From the human T2T-CHM13v2.0 reference genome, Homo sapiens: a stretch of DNA of 64,000 nucleotides. The position numbers were made by a program, and so were the translations under genes. The stretch is from assembly GCF_009914755.1 (NCBI RefSeq), contig NC_060927.1; one strand, given 5' to 3'. Positions 44,690 through 58,258 of this stretch are shown here, one piece after another (the first letter of the stretch is position 1; each line of letters starts with the position of its first letter). A model generated the notes under the pieces. That model made no database searches, was not told the origin of the DNA, and saw only the letters and a program-made list of their open reading frames with translations.

Positions 44690-44830
44690 CGGCTCCGCCT
44701 CCCGCGTGCCCCGCCCCGCCCCGCCCTCCGCTCGCCAGGCTCGGGGACTCAGGGGAGGGCGGGGTTCCACGCGCCGGGGCTGGGAGAGGAATCGCCGGGG
44801 CGGGGCTGGGTGCGGGGGCGCGGCGGAGAG
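44690..44830 (-). promoter_or_regulatory. TATA-less GC-box core promoter of TMEM158 (TSS probably ~44650-44700)
   Basis: Tandem Sp/KLF boxes ccgccccgccccgccc (~44709-44727), gggcgggg at ~44757 and ~44797, upstream of the CDS on the minus strand. TSS position is inferred. Confidence 0.65.
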
Positions 44831-46769
44831 CGGATCGCCCGGGGTGCGTGCGGGCGGGCGGGGAAGCCTGCGGACGCGCCCGGGCGCCCCCGCGCTCCGG
44901 GTGAATCGCGTTCTCAGAGGGAGGCTCCAGGGCCCGGAGACCATCCTTTTGTCAGGCCTGAGGGGAGCTTCGCTGTCTCGCCTTAGCGCTACCGAACCTC
45001 CTTTGTTTTACAGAAGGGGAAACTGAGGTCGAGAGAGGGGAAAGGGCCTCGCTAGGCCAACTCATGAGCCAGAAACAAGTCCGCGCCACTAGCTCTTTCT
45101 GCCTTTTTACGGTGTCTCTTACCTCAAATCTGTAGAGTTTGGCTGCTTTTTAATGGCTCCAACACAGCAGACTCACTTGGGATTCTCCTCGCAGCAAGCG
45201 AGGAAAATTCCAAGAACTCTGTGGAGTTTCGAGTGGAGAGTGACTGGCTGGGGGGAATGTGAGCCCTGAAGCTGTGCCGCCTGGGGGTCCCGAGGACACA
45301 GGTCCTGACAGGTCGAGTGAGCGCGTGTTCATGAAACAGTTGTAGGTTAGAACCCACGTCAAAGGGGCAGTTCATCCCCTTTGGGATATTATACGGGAGG
45401 AGGGCTACCAAGAATAACGTGTCAAGAGATCAGATTTATCACATTTATATTGAAAAGCACTTTCTTAGTAGTTCGGCCCCTCACACTTGGAAACAAACTT
45501 CAACGACCCTTCATCATTCCCATCGTTCTTTAGGGGACATTTATGTTGAATTATTATCTATTTTATTTTAGTTGGAAGCCCTTGTACTCCATGAGCACCA
45601 AGTATTCCTGATTCGGAGAGGGGAGGGGTGGAGGGAGCAGAGAAAGGCCTCAACAAAACCGCCTTCCTTCTAAACCAGCTAATCCTGAGAGGTCTGCCAA
45701 GAGTCCAGCTACATTGCTAGGCATCCTGGCTGATTACTTTTCTGGAAGCTTTTGTCCATTGTTTTCTAACAATGAGTAAAATGGGACTGAGAAAGTTGCA
45801 AAAACGCCTCAAAATAAAGCTCCCCAACTTATTCCACCTCTTGCCATCTAAGCAAGCCATTATTCTGACTTAGCCTTGGTTTCCCCATCTGAGTTGGGGG
45901 GTGGGTGGTACCTCCTCACAGGGCTGCTGTGATAATACTCCCAACCCAGTGTCTATCTGTCCCCAGATGTTCCCACATGGTGGTTGCTGTGATGTGGTTA
46001 CTATCAGTGCTGCCCAAGTTGGCTGCCTAGAGTGGTCCTTGGTTTCTACAGAAATGGTTCATTTCCCCAAGGGGATGGGACTCCCTTTTCGTTTCAGCCT
46101 CCATCACTTTTGTGCTTGGAAGTGGTGCTACCAGGGAGAACAATGTGAATTTTCCTGCTTTTAATAAAAATGACTTCTCCTTTCAACCTTTGCATATCAG
46201 GAACAGAAGCTGCTCAGTGATGTGGCAGAACAGTTTTAATTTAAGCCATGTGTCTGGTGAACCCTGAAGAACAGGAATATCAAGTGATCCTGAGGGCTGA
46301 GGGAGGCCTAATCTTCAAGGGGTGCGTTTTGAGCCAGGCTGTTGCCTGTGACTGCAGATGACATTCTCTGGGGTTTCAGTCAGAGGCAGAGGCTTCCTGA
46401 GCTTTCCTGAGACACTCCTGGCTTTGTCTGTGCAGCGGGGAAGGCAGCAGCAAAGGGAAAAGACAAGAGATCTATTTGGGGAGCCAAGCAGTTCCCTGCA
46501 AAGTTGCGCCACTGAAGCTCTGCATCCTAGCAACCTGCATTCTGCCCACTTTTCCAGCAGGTGCCGTCCTGAGGACTCCGTCACCTCGCCCTCATTCAGA
46601 ATGTAATTACCCTTCAAATAGTAACACAGATCCTACTTTCTAGATTGATTTGCTATCTTTTTGGAATTTGAGAACAGAAGATAGCGAGGAAGTTATTTTC
46701 TATCTTGTTTACTACTGTTCCCAGCAACGGGAAAAGCACCTAGCTCAGGGTAGAGGCTCAGTAAATACA

Positions 46770-47085
<316 letters not shown>

Positions 47086-47119
47086 TGAACAAATTTGCCT
47101 ACCTCTGACTAGCTTCCGC

Positions 47120-47305
47120 TTGTTTAGTACTTTCCACGTGCCAGGTGTTTGACACATACACACACATCATCTCTAATCTTCACAACAATCCCATGGATGT
47201 GATGCCTATTTTACCATGAGAAAACTGAGGCTCAGAGAAGGTGAATCACCTACCTGAGGTCCCACAGCAGTTAGTGGCAAAGCCAGGATATCAGTACAGT
47301 CTCCC
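47120..47305 (-). mobile_element. MIR
   Basis: taatcttcacaacaatccc...gaaaactgaggctcagagaaggtgaatcac. Confidence 0.85.
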
Positions 47306-47859
47306 TCATCTGAAAAGTTCATTTTTTTTTTAAATTAAGAACTAGAGGCATCTCATCTCATGGCAGTAGGCATCAAGGTCTGTGCATAAGTTAAACAAGT
47401 ATGTGGTACAATTCTATTTTATTTTGATAAAATAAACTTTCAGTTGAGTTCCTTTTTAAAGATGTATTTTTTATAAATATAACAGCCTTATACAAAGGTT
47501 GGAAAGCAGGGAGGAAACAATTCTAATCCCAGCTACCTGATGTCTTTACTTTTCTGCCTCTGCATCATTATTCTTTTCTGCATTTTTTTCATATTATCTA
47601 AAATGTGCAAATGTTACTTCTACCAAAAAAAAAAAAAGAGGAAAATTTGAAGTCTCACCACCTTTCTCAACCATGATCTCTTTGTGGTCCTCCCTCCAGC
47701 TCGGCAGGGACCTGGAGGGCCAGCCAGGGCAAAGGGTGGTCCATGCTCGTGTTGGCTGACTGAGTGAGTCTGCCTACTGGTAAAGAACTCTGCCTGAGCT
47801 ATCGGCTGACACCTGTTCATAAGCTGTGGTTCTGGCCACCTCTCTGATCCATCTTCTCC

Positions 47860-48612
<753 letters not shown>

Positions 48613-49979
48613 TCAATAGACTGAGTCAACCCAGCAAGACATGAGTGGCATCTTAGGGAGTGGAGATGGACAGAACCACCTAGACAGTCCTTATATCAGG
48701 TTTAAGGAAGAAAGGCAGATGAGATCCCTTCCATTTCCCCAAATCCTGTAATATTTATAAAATGAATGGAAGGCTTTGATAAATTTCTGATTGTCCATAA
48801 AACGAGGACAGCACATTTTTCTCCATGGACTGTATTGTTAGAACACAATAATTGAGGACATCAAAGAAAATTATTAGGAATGATGCATGGTAATTTCATT
48901 CTGTTCATTTCCTATGTTCCTCCCCAGTATTAGCTAATTTTTCCTTATACTGCCTATTGAAGTAATAACTTTAAAAAAAGATCTCTCTGAGTTATTTGAA
49001 TTCCTTTCATCCAGTGACCTCAGAGTGTGGCAGGTACAGCAATTCATTGGTTCTCTTTTATTATGTGGGTGGAATTAAGATATGATTACCATATGTTGTA
49101 GACTGAGAAATAAGCAAGAACCACAAAAGAATCATAACAACAGGACGGAAAAAAGCAGCAGCTAGAAGCCAGTGGTTCAGCTATATCAAAGTCATGGGAG
49201 GTTGTCGTACTTGTGTTGAGTGTGTGTTTTGGGGAGGACTGGGAAGTGAAGAAAATAATGCTTTTCATGGGTGTCCTCCTGATACATCCCATTTCTCATA
49301 TGGGAGGCTCGAGGACTGGTTTGCAGGAGCAGCTGAAGATCTGGGCATCTGCCAGGGGCCGCTGGAATGGAAGTCTGGAAGCCCCCAGTGTTCAGCTGAT
49401 TTAGACCCTGACAGTCTCTTGCCCTCTGCTTGCATGAAGCATTTCGATTCCCCGCCCCCCTGCCCCCCCATGTCTCTACCCAATCTCCAGGGTGTGGACA
49501 TTTATCCTTCCTGACCACCATGGTCAGAAGGGAGGGTTGCCTCTGCAGAATTCTGGCTGCAGTTACAGCCTGCACAGTTCATTTGGTAATCATGGGCCGC
49601 CTTGGGACAAGCCGACTGTTGCCAGCCTACATTGTTACTTAGACTTAATTCTGTCTTGCACATTAAATGTTTGCATGTGGATACCTTGTGTGCATGGTAG
49701 GCAGGGACTGCTGCCTGTATTTCTTTTCTGTAGTCATGCTGTGCATCTGGTAAGATTTCAGCAAAGACATTTTGAGGAAGTAAGAAGCTTCTGCTCTTCT
49801 GGAGAGATGGAGAGTGTCTAAAAGAGCACTGGGAGGAAAGTGGTGCCCATGTGGTACATGTGGTGCCCTTCAGTTTTCTTGTCAATGAAAACGAGAGAAA
49901 TGCCTGCTGAGAGAGCACCTCTCCTGGGCTTAGCCTGACGTTGGCACCTTTACCAGATGATAGCTGTCCCTTAACTGGC

Positions 49980-50255
49980 AGTTACTTGTGCCAGGCGCTG
50001 TGCTAAGAGCTTGAAATGCATCCTTACCATTGTTCCATGAGGAAGAGATTTCTGTGCCATTTTACAGATGAAGTAAACTGAGGCTCAGAAGGATAAAGTG
50101 ACTTTTACAGTCATACAACGGTGGAGCCGAGATTCAAGCCTTGTCTGACAACCTTGTTTTTCACTGCAGCCCTGCTGAATGGCCTCCATCATCACTAACA
50201 ACCTTGCGAGTTGGAGGTTATCTTCCCATTTTACTGATGAGAAAACAGGTGCAGG
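49980..50255 (-). mobile_element. MIR fragments
   Basis: gtgccaggcgctgtgctaag...ccattttacagatgaagtaaactgaggctcaga; a second core at ~50220. Confidence 0.8.
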
Positions 50256-51379
50256 AAGGCTGGGCATTGGACAAGGACCGACTCATTGGCTCTTCAGCCT
50301 TCCAGGAATATACCCTGCATCCAGTCTCAATTCATAAATTCTGCCAATACTGAAATACTTAAGGATGTTTTCCCAGTCTGATGCATCCTTACTGATGAAG
50401 CTCTGGCTTGTGGTTTTCCTGCTATCAAGTGTGTCTCCTCCACTGGTGTCTTTAATGCTCAGCATGGCACCTGGTACAGAGTAGGTGCTCAGTTAGTGCT
50501 GGTCGGGAACCTGGGATACAGCTTGACAGACACCCAGCCTGCAGCTCCCAATTTACTTAGGAGCCTTCACGTATGACATTGGTGGATTTTTAAACAAATT
50601 ACTTGGAGAGGTACGGAAGAGAGAGGGGAAAAAGTCCAGGGAAACTAACACACATTGATAGGGACAGAAAAGTGGTTTCTGTGAAACGACTGCTGTGAAA
50701 CACTTATTTCTGGGGTTAATGTCCATCACATGAACCTAACAGAATCTATTCCTTGAAAACAAAATGTTTTGTAATATGGTAACATGCATTTCTATAAATT
50801 TGTGTGCCACTTAAAGTAATTTTTTTGGGAGAGACAGCCCTTAAAGCAAGTGATATTTTGTGGTTTGTGTATCCACCTTATAACAAATTAAGATGACATT
50901 TAGCATTCATAATTGTAAATTCTGAGGATTTCAATGTTGCAAACCTGAGAGACAAAGCTGCACCATCAAAGTCAAGGCAGCTGGATGTTCCCCATCAGCC
51001 ACTAAAAGTGTCATAAAAATTTACTTCATGCTGCTTCAAAACAGCACTAACATTCCCTTCAAAGGAAATAATTGGCATTCCATTTACAGAGATGCAGAAG
51101 AGATGGGGGAAGCAAAAGCCCATTTTGAGAGAGTCAGGAACATTGGAACACATTTATCATGGCCTTTCATGCCTTCTAACCTCAGTCCTTCTTGCTGGAT
51201 CTATGGGGTCCTACATGCTTGTGGGACAGCTGAAGTTTGCTTGGATGTGCTCTTTCAGGCAGATGTTCTGCCTGACAGTCTCTTCACGTTGAGATTGCCT
51301 CTTGGTCAGTCTGTTCTCTCTTTTTCTACTAAAGTCCTCAGATTTGGGGATTTGAGAGAGTTGTGACTATGACCACGGA

Positions 51380-51540
51380 GCCTAGCAAACCTGGCTTGGA
51401 TACACCATTTTGTCTTGTTGTGTCTCAGTTTTCATGTCTATGAAATGGGCCTAATAGCTGCTCTATTGTGAGGGTTAAATGAGTTTATTGTTATAAAACA
51501 GCCAGTTCAGTGCCTGCACAGGGTAAGTATTCAGTGAGTC
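51380..51540 (+). mobile_element. MIR
   Basis: tctcagttttcatgtctatgaaatggg...ttgtgagggttaaatgag. Confidence 0.75.
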
Positions 51541-51759
51541 CAGCTAGCTAGCACTTTTAGTTCCAGAAAGTACTGCTTTTTGGAACACTGGCATGTGGCT
51601 TCTTCTCTGTCCTTACCCTAATGTGGAAACTGGTATATTTCCACCTGCATGGATTCATCACTGTATGTGGAAAATAGGGAGGGCAAGCTCCCAGCTTAAA
51701 AGAAGCTAAATTTCTATCTACATGGGGCCATCCTTGGCAATCAAGCAAATCCAGTGGCC

Positions 51760-51930
51760 ATGACAGTTAGAAGAGATCCTAGAGGCCACCTAATCCAAAC
51801 TCCTGATTTTATACATGTGGAAACCAAGGCACAGAGAGGGGTCCTGGCTGTACCAAAGATCACAATCTGGTTGATAACAAAACCAGGGCTAGAAGCCAAG
51901 CCCCTTGGCCAACTGAGCATCAGGCACAGC
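51760..51930 (-). mobile_element. MIR/MIR3
   Basis: ctagaggccacctaatccaaactcctgattttatacatgtggaaaccaaggcacagagagg. Confidence 0.7.
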
Positions 51931-52474
51931 GCCTCTCTAAGTATACTCCTTTGCAGTGCTTTCATAGCTGCACTTTAAAAATGAGGTCCAGTTGCAAAGT
52001 GAGAGCAATGAGCCTTTCTAATTTACTTAGGAAAGAAGAGGAAAATGATGGCCTTTATAATTGCTGGAATCACACTTCTAACTAGATTTACAGGGTGGAG
52101 GATTGATTGCATGCACCAAGAGTGCCGGTGTATTCAGCAAGCTTCCGTTCTGATGCAATTAAGGCTTGCTCCTTCCAGCTCTGCTGAGGACCTGGGTGAG
52201 ATTCCAGGAGACTCAGGTGTGAGATGGAAGCCCAGGCTGCACCAGCCCTGGCCTTAAGTTTGAATAAATCCGTGGAAATAGGCAAAAACTTGGAGCCCAT
52301 GTTCTAAGTGGGGCTGTTGGGTCATCACTAGGCTGAGCAGAGGAGACTAACTGAAAGAGCATTCCAGCTACAGACTCCAGAAGATTCTGGGTAATTTGTA
52401 GGTGGAGCCTTCTTGACCTTCTCTAACTAGGCCCTGGACCAGTGAAGACCAGGTCTGGAAGGATACCAGGTTGT

Positions 52475-52680
52475 CTTGGGGTTTGAATCATCTATGAACT
52501 GTACGGTCTTGGGCATAATGCTTACCACTCTGAGCCTTAGTTTTCTCAACTGTAAAATGAGAATAATAATGGAGCACTTGCTTCACGGGGTTGTAGTGAG
52601 GACTAAAAGAACTAACATTTTAAAATTACATGGGACCGTACCTGATATGTAGTAAGTGTTCAAAAACTATTAAATAAATG
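52475..52680 (+). mobile_element. MIR
   Basis: ctctgagccttagttttctcaactgtaaaatgagaataataat...ggttgtagtgagg. Confidence 0.8.
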
Positions 52681-54217
52681 AGTAAATAAAGACATGAACT
52701 ATATGCCTGGAGACTGTGGAAACTTTAAGCTGATGACTTTGCCTCTGGCCACCTGGACTTAGAGCCTGCCACTTGCTCATACTCCCCCTCTGGTGTGACT
52801 GAACCTGTCTCCACACCACATCCTGGTTGGGGAGGGTGGGGCTAATGTCTCTTTCTCTCTTCCTTCTGCTTGTTCCTGCCATCACTTGGATCCAGTCCTG
52901 GGTCATGCTTCCTGTTACCTGGGCTGCTGAGCAGACTCCTGCAGTCCTTCACACAGTAGCAGAATCCCCATGGGACTGCCTGCTTGAAGCTTTATGCCAT
53001 GGTCACTCAGGGCCTCCTGTGCCCTTTCCCTGCTGCCCAGGTGGCACCTCGAGGGCAGCCTCCATCTTGATTGTATCTGGGTTTGTTCTGCCCTCTGGAC
53101 TTTGGAGATGTGTGCCATGAGCTTCTCCAGAAGAGTCCAGTGCTGCCCTGCAGCTGGGCCTGTGGTCCTGGCCTGCTCTACCCACCTCACCTGGCATGGC
53201 TCATGCCTTTTGGCTGGCTGCTGAGCAAGAGATGGAGTGTGCAGGAGAAAGGAATCAGACCTCTTCTGTAACCAAACTCCTGTGGAAATCTAGACCAATG
53301 AAGCCTAGAGATCTGAGCTGCCCACTTGTCACTCAATTGTGAGTGACAGTATGGCAAGAAAACACATTATTTACCCTTCTAGAGGCAAACCAAAGAGGCT
53401 CACAATGTCCCACAATCCACCAAAGGCCCAGCCATCTCTCTGCCCACCAAAACCCATATCCTCAGTGACCTCTGTCCCAAGAAGGGACATCTCCCAGGGA
53501 GGACCCATGTGGCCTAAACTTTTCTTCTATGCCCCTGTGGCCTAAACTTTTCTTAAATCTTGTCTATTTTAGTTCCTTGCTCATTGATAATCTGGCGTCT
53601 TGTTTTAAGCTCCAAAATGGCAAATCACTTTTATTTTGTAGCCTAACTTGGATTGTCTAGGAGTGGTTGTTGGAGTGCTATGTTAAGAAGGACCCTGAGA
53701 AATTGAAATACTGCACTGTTAGTGGGAATGTAAAATGGTGCAGCTGCACAGTATGGAAGTTTCTCAAAAAATTAAAAATAGAATTAACATATGATCCAGC
53801 AATCTTACTCCTGGATATACATCCAAAGAATTGAAATCAGGAGTTTTAAGAGATATCTGCACTCTCAGGTTCATTGCAGCATTATTCACGATAGCCAAGA
53901 GGTGGAAGCAACCGAAATGTTCCAAAGACAGATGAATGGACAAAGCAAATGTGGTATGTGCATACAATGAAATATTATACAGCCTTAAAAAAGAAGAAAA
54001 TCTTACTATTTGCAACAACATGGATGGACCTGGAAAGCATTACAGTAAGTGAAATGAGGCAGTCACAGGACAAATACTGCATGATTCCACTAATATGATG
54101 GATCTAAAATACTCAAACTTTTAGAAGCAGAAAATAGAATAGTGGTTGGCAGGGGATAGGGGAAAGGGGAAATGGGGAGTTGTTGTTCAATGGGTATAAA
54201 GTTTCAGTTATATGAGA

Positions 54218-54630
54218 TGATATGGTTTGGATCTGTGTCCCCGCTCAAATCTCATGTCGAATTGTAATCCCCAAAGTTGGAGGTGGGGCCTGGTGGTTGG
54301 AGGTGATTGGATCATGGGGACGGCTTCTCATGGTTTAACACCATCCCCCTTGGTGCTATTGTGGTGATAGTGAATTCTTGTGAGATCTGGTTGTTTAAAA
54401 GTGTGTGGCACCTTCCCCGTCTCTCTCTTGGTCCTGTTCCTGCCATATAAGATGCCTGCTCCTGCTTTGCCTTCCACCATGAGTAAAAACTCCCTGAGGC
54501 CTCCCCAGAAGCAGATGCTGCCATGCTTCCTGTATAGCCTGCAGAACTGTGAGCCAATTAAACCTCTTTTCTTTATAAATTACCCAGTCTCAGGTATTTC
54601 TTCATAGCAGTGCGGGAACGGACAAATACA
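54218..54630 (+). mobile_element. MST (MSTA/B-like) MaLR solo LTR
   Basis: tgatatggtttggatctgtgtcccc...ccaattaaacctcttttc...aataca; 5-bp TSD tgaga/cgaga. Confidence 0.92.
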
Positions 54631-54809
54631 CGAGATGAATAAGTTCTAGAGGTCTGCCATACAACATAGTGCCTATGGTTAACAATATGGTATGGTGTGC
54701 TTAAAACTTTGTTAAGAGGATAAATCTTATGATCTTATGTTAAGTGTTTTTACCACACACACACCCCCAAAAGGGACACAAACTTTTGGAGGTGCAGATG
54801 TGTTTATTA

Positions 54810-55135
<326 letters not shown>

Positions 55136-55722
55136 GTATTCATATGGCCAAACTCATCAAATTGTACATATTAAATGTATGCAGTTATTTGTATACCAAT
55201 TCTTCCTCAATAAACCTGTAAAAAACTAAAAGTATGCCAGGGCCATAAGAGGGCTCAGGGAGAAAATGTGATGTACTCAGTACTCAGCAGTTATTGGCCA
55301 GGGTTATGAGAAACGCAGACTGTAGTGAATATCTGTGGTTTATCTGCCCTACATCCCTTCTCCACTTTCTTCTGGAAAGGGCATCCCTCTCTTTTGGGTA
55401 CCTGCTGCTTATTAACTCTGTGTGGTTCCAGTGAGGATACCAATTACAGTACCTTGCTTGCTGGTTCAGTGATGGACATGTGACCCAGGCCTAGCCAATC
55501 ATGATGCCCCAACCACATAGCCACAGTGATTTGTCCAGGGAACAAGCATGTGACCCAAGCCAGCCAATCAGAGATCTTCCTTGACATAAAGCCAGAAAGG
55601 AAGGCTGCTCTTTCCTCTGGAATCACTGGCTGGAGGAAGTGAGACTGGAGCAGTATGCAGCTCTGCCCACGTCTCCCTCCACTCCATGCCCCTTTCCCTT
55701 CTCCCGGCACACAGAAAGCCTA

Positions 55723-56393
<671 letters not shown>

Positions 56394-56825
56394 GCCTGTT
56401 TGCAGTAAGAAGGAATAAGGCTAATGGCAGGAGGTGGCAGATGCAGAAAGGCCTGACATTGTCATCTGAGACCCTAGATCCAGCTGGACTTGAAGCCTGC
56501 TATCCCTACTGTGATCAGATTGTGGGCTTAAAAACTTAAGCTAGCTTAAACTGGGTCTCCTACACTGCAACCAAATACATGCAGGAAATATCTGTCAACC
56601 CTCTTGTTGTCACTCAAGACAACTTCAGTCCTAACAGGGTTTTAAGTTTAACTGGGAAGCCCCTTCACTTCCTCTCTTCACACCCCCAGAGGTTGCCTGG
56701 CTCTAGTCTTAGAACCCTGTAAAAGCAAGAAGAGTACTTTTTTCTCCTCTTAATTATATTCATAAGTGCTATGGGTAACTCTTCTTCCCCCTGCTCAATC
56801 TCAGGAGAAATTTTTGTTCCTATAG

Positions 56826-57316
56826 CAGGGGTCCCCAACCTCCAGGCCATGGACCTGGCTGCACAGCAGGAGGTGAGTGGCAGGAAAGCCCAGGGAGCAA
56901 AGCTTCATATGTATTTATAGCTACACCCTACTGCTCGCATTACCACCTGAGCTCTGCCTCCTATCAGCGCGGCATTAGATTCTCACAGGAGCACGAACCC
57001 TATTGTGAACCGCACATGCGAGGGATCTAGGTTGTGTGCTCCTTATGAGAAGCTAATGCCTGATGATCTGTCACTGTCTCCCATCACCCCCAGATGGGAC
57101 TGTCTAGTTGTAGGAAAACAAGCTCAGGGCTCCCACGGATTCTATATTATGGTGAGTTACAAAATTATTACATATTACAATGTAATAATAATAGAAATAA
57201 ACTGCACAATAAGTGTAATGCACTTGAATCATCCTGAAACCATCCCCTACCCCATGTGTGGAAAAATTGTCTTCCATGAAACCAGTTCCTGGTGCCAAAA
57301 AAGTTGGGGACCGCTG
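56826..57316 (+). mobile_element. MER1A hAT-Charlie DNA transposon
   Basis: TIRs caggggtccccaac ... gttggggaccgctg; internal gcattagattctcacaggagcacgaaccctattgtgaac. Confidence 0.92.
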
Positions 57317-57404
57317 CTCTGTAGGGCTGAGCATTTGAACCAAATCCTTCAACTTCTGTGAGTCTGTTTCAAGGTCATAATCATGAATAAAGAAAATTTT
57401 TAGC

Positions 57405-57540
57405 TCCAAGATGTGTATTATACATTGTTTATGATAGCAAAAAACTGGAAGAAACTTAATGTCTATAAATAAGGGGATAGTTAAGTCAATGTAGCCATGT
57501 TCACATTATGAAATAGTATGCAGCCATTACAATGGTATTT
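57405..57540 (+). mobile_element. L1ME-like fragment
   Basis: cattgtttatgatagcaaaaaactggaa...tatgcagccatt. Confidence 0.7.
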
Positions 57541-58079
57541 ACAGAGTTTCCTGCTTAGCGTGGCATTGAAAGCACTATGCAGAATTTAGCCCTCTCGTGG
57601 TGTTCACGAGGAGCATTGAACCACTGAGTGCAAGTGATTGTTCGTATAATCTTTACTGACACTTTCTGTAGTTGAGGGAGAGGTCACATTGCACTGGGGC
57701 GTGCAATTCCACTGTCAATTCTTTGCTATACTCTTTTGTTGTCCACATCCCCTGCAATAGTCCCGTTGTGGGGTCTCAGTCTCTTGTGTCTTTCTCATGC
57801 AGCACCTAGCCTGTCTTCACTCTCCTCCTGTCTTGATTTGCTTTAAGGAAACTCAAAAGCCTTTCCTGTCAGTCACAAAGAGCAATCTAAATCTCTCCTA
57901 GCTCCTCCCTCCCAATTCATCCTGGGACACTCCCTCCCCACCCACCGCCCCCACCAGAGCCATTCAAGTAGCTAGATTCTTTCTCCTTATGAGGCAGTTG
58001 AGCCCTGATTTTTGCCACTGGAGCCCGTCCTCTGAGGTTCCTACCTCCATTGCAAATGGCCAGGAGGGCTTCTCAGACC

Positions 58080-58258
58080 TAACTGCACCAGAATCCTTGG
58101 AGGGTTCCAGAAAGCACAGGTGCTGGGCGCTGCCCCAGCGTTTCTGATTCAGCACATCTGGGTGGGACCTGAGAATTTGCATCTCGAACAAGGTTCCAGG
58201 TGATTCCCAAGTGATGTTGATTCTGCCAGTCTGGGGATCACACTTTGAGAACCACTGG
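58080..58258. mobile_element. MER5A
   Basis: tttctgattcag...ctgagaatttgcatctc...cacactttgagaaccactg. Confidence 0.85.

Larger units (their letters stand above)
43340..44990. promoter_or_regulatory. CpG island covering the TMEM158 gene body, 5'UTR and promoter
   Basis: Very high GC and dense CpG compared with the CpG-depleted flanks; edges estimated by eye. Confidence 0.92.

Noticed and set aside
43870-44904. 344-aa plus-strand ORF, and other long ORFs at 43192-43857, 44141-44944, 44435-44986 and 43738-44172
   Set aside because: They overlap the CpG island, where stop codons are scarce. Most start at GTG/TTG rather than ATG, they have Arg/Gly/Ala/Pro low-complexity composition and no recognisable domain: shadow ORFs.
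57005-57409. Overlapping 118-aa and 101-aa ORFs
   Set aside because: They lie within non-autonomous MER1A; no transposase motifs.
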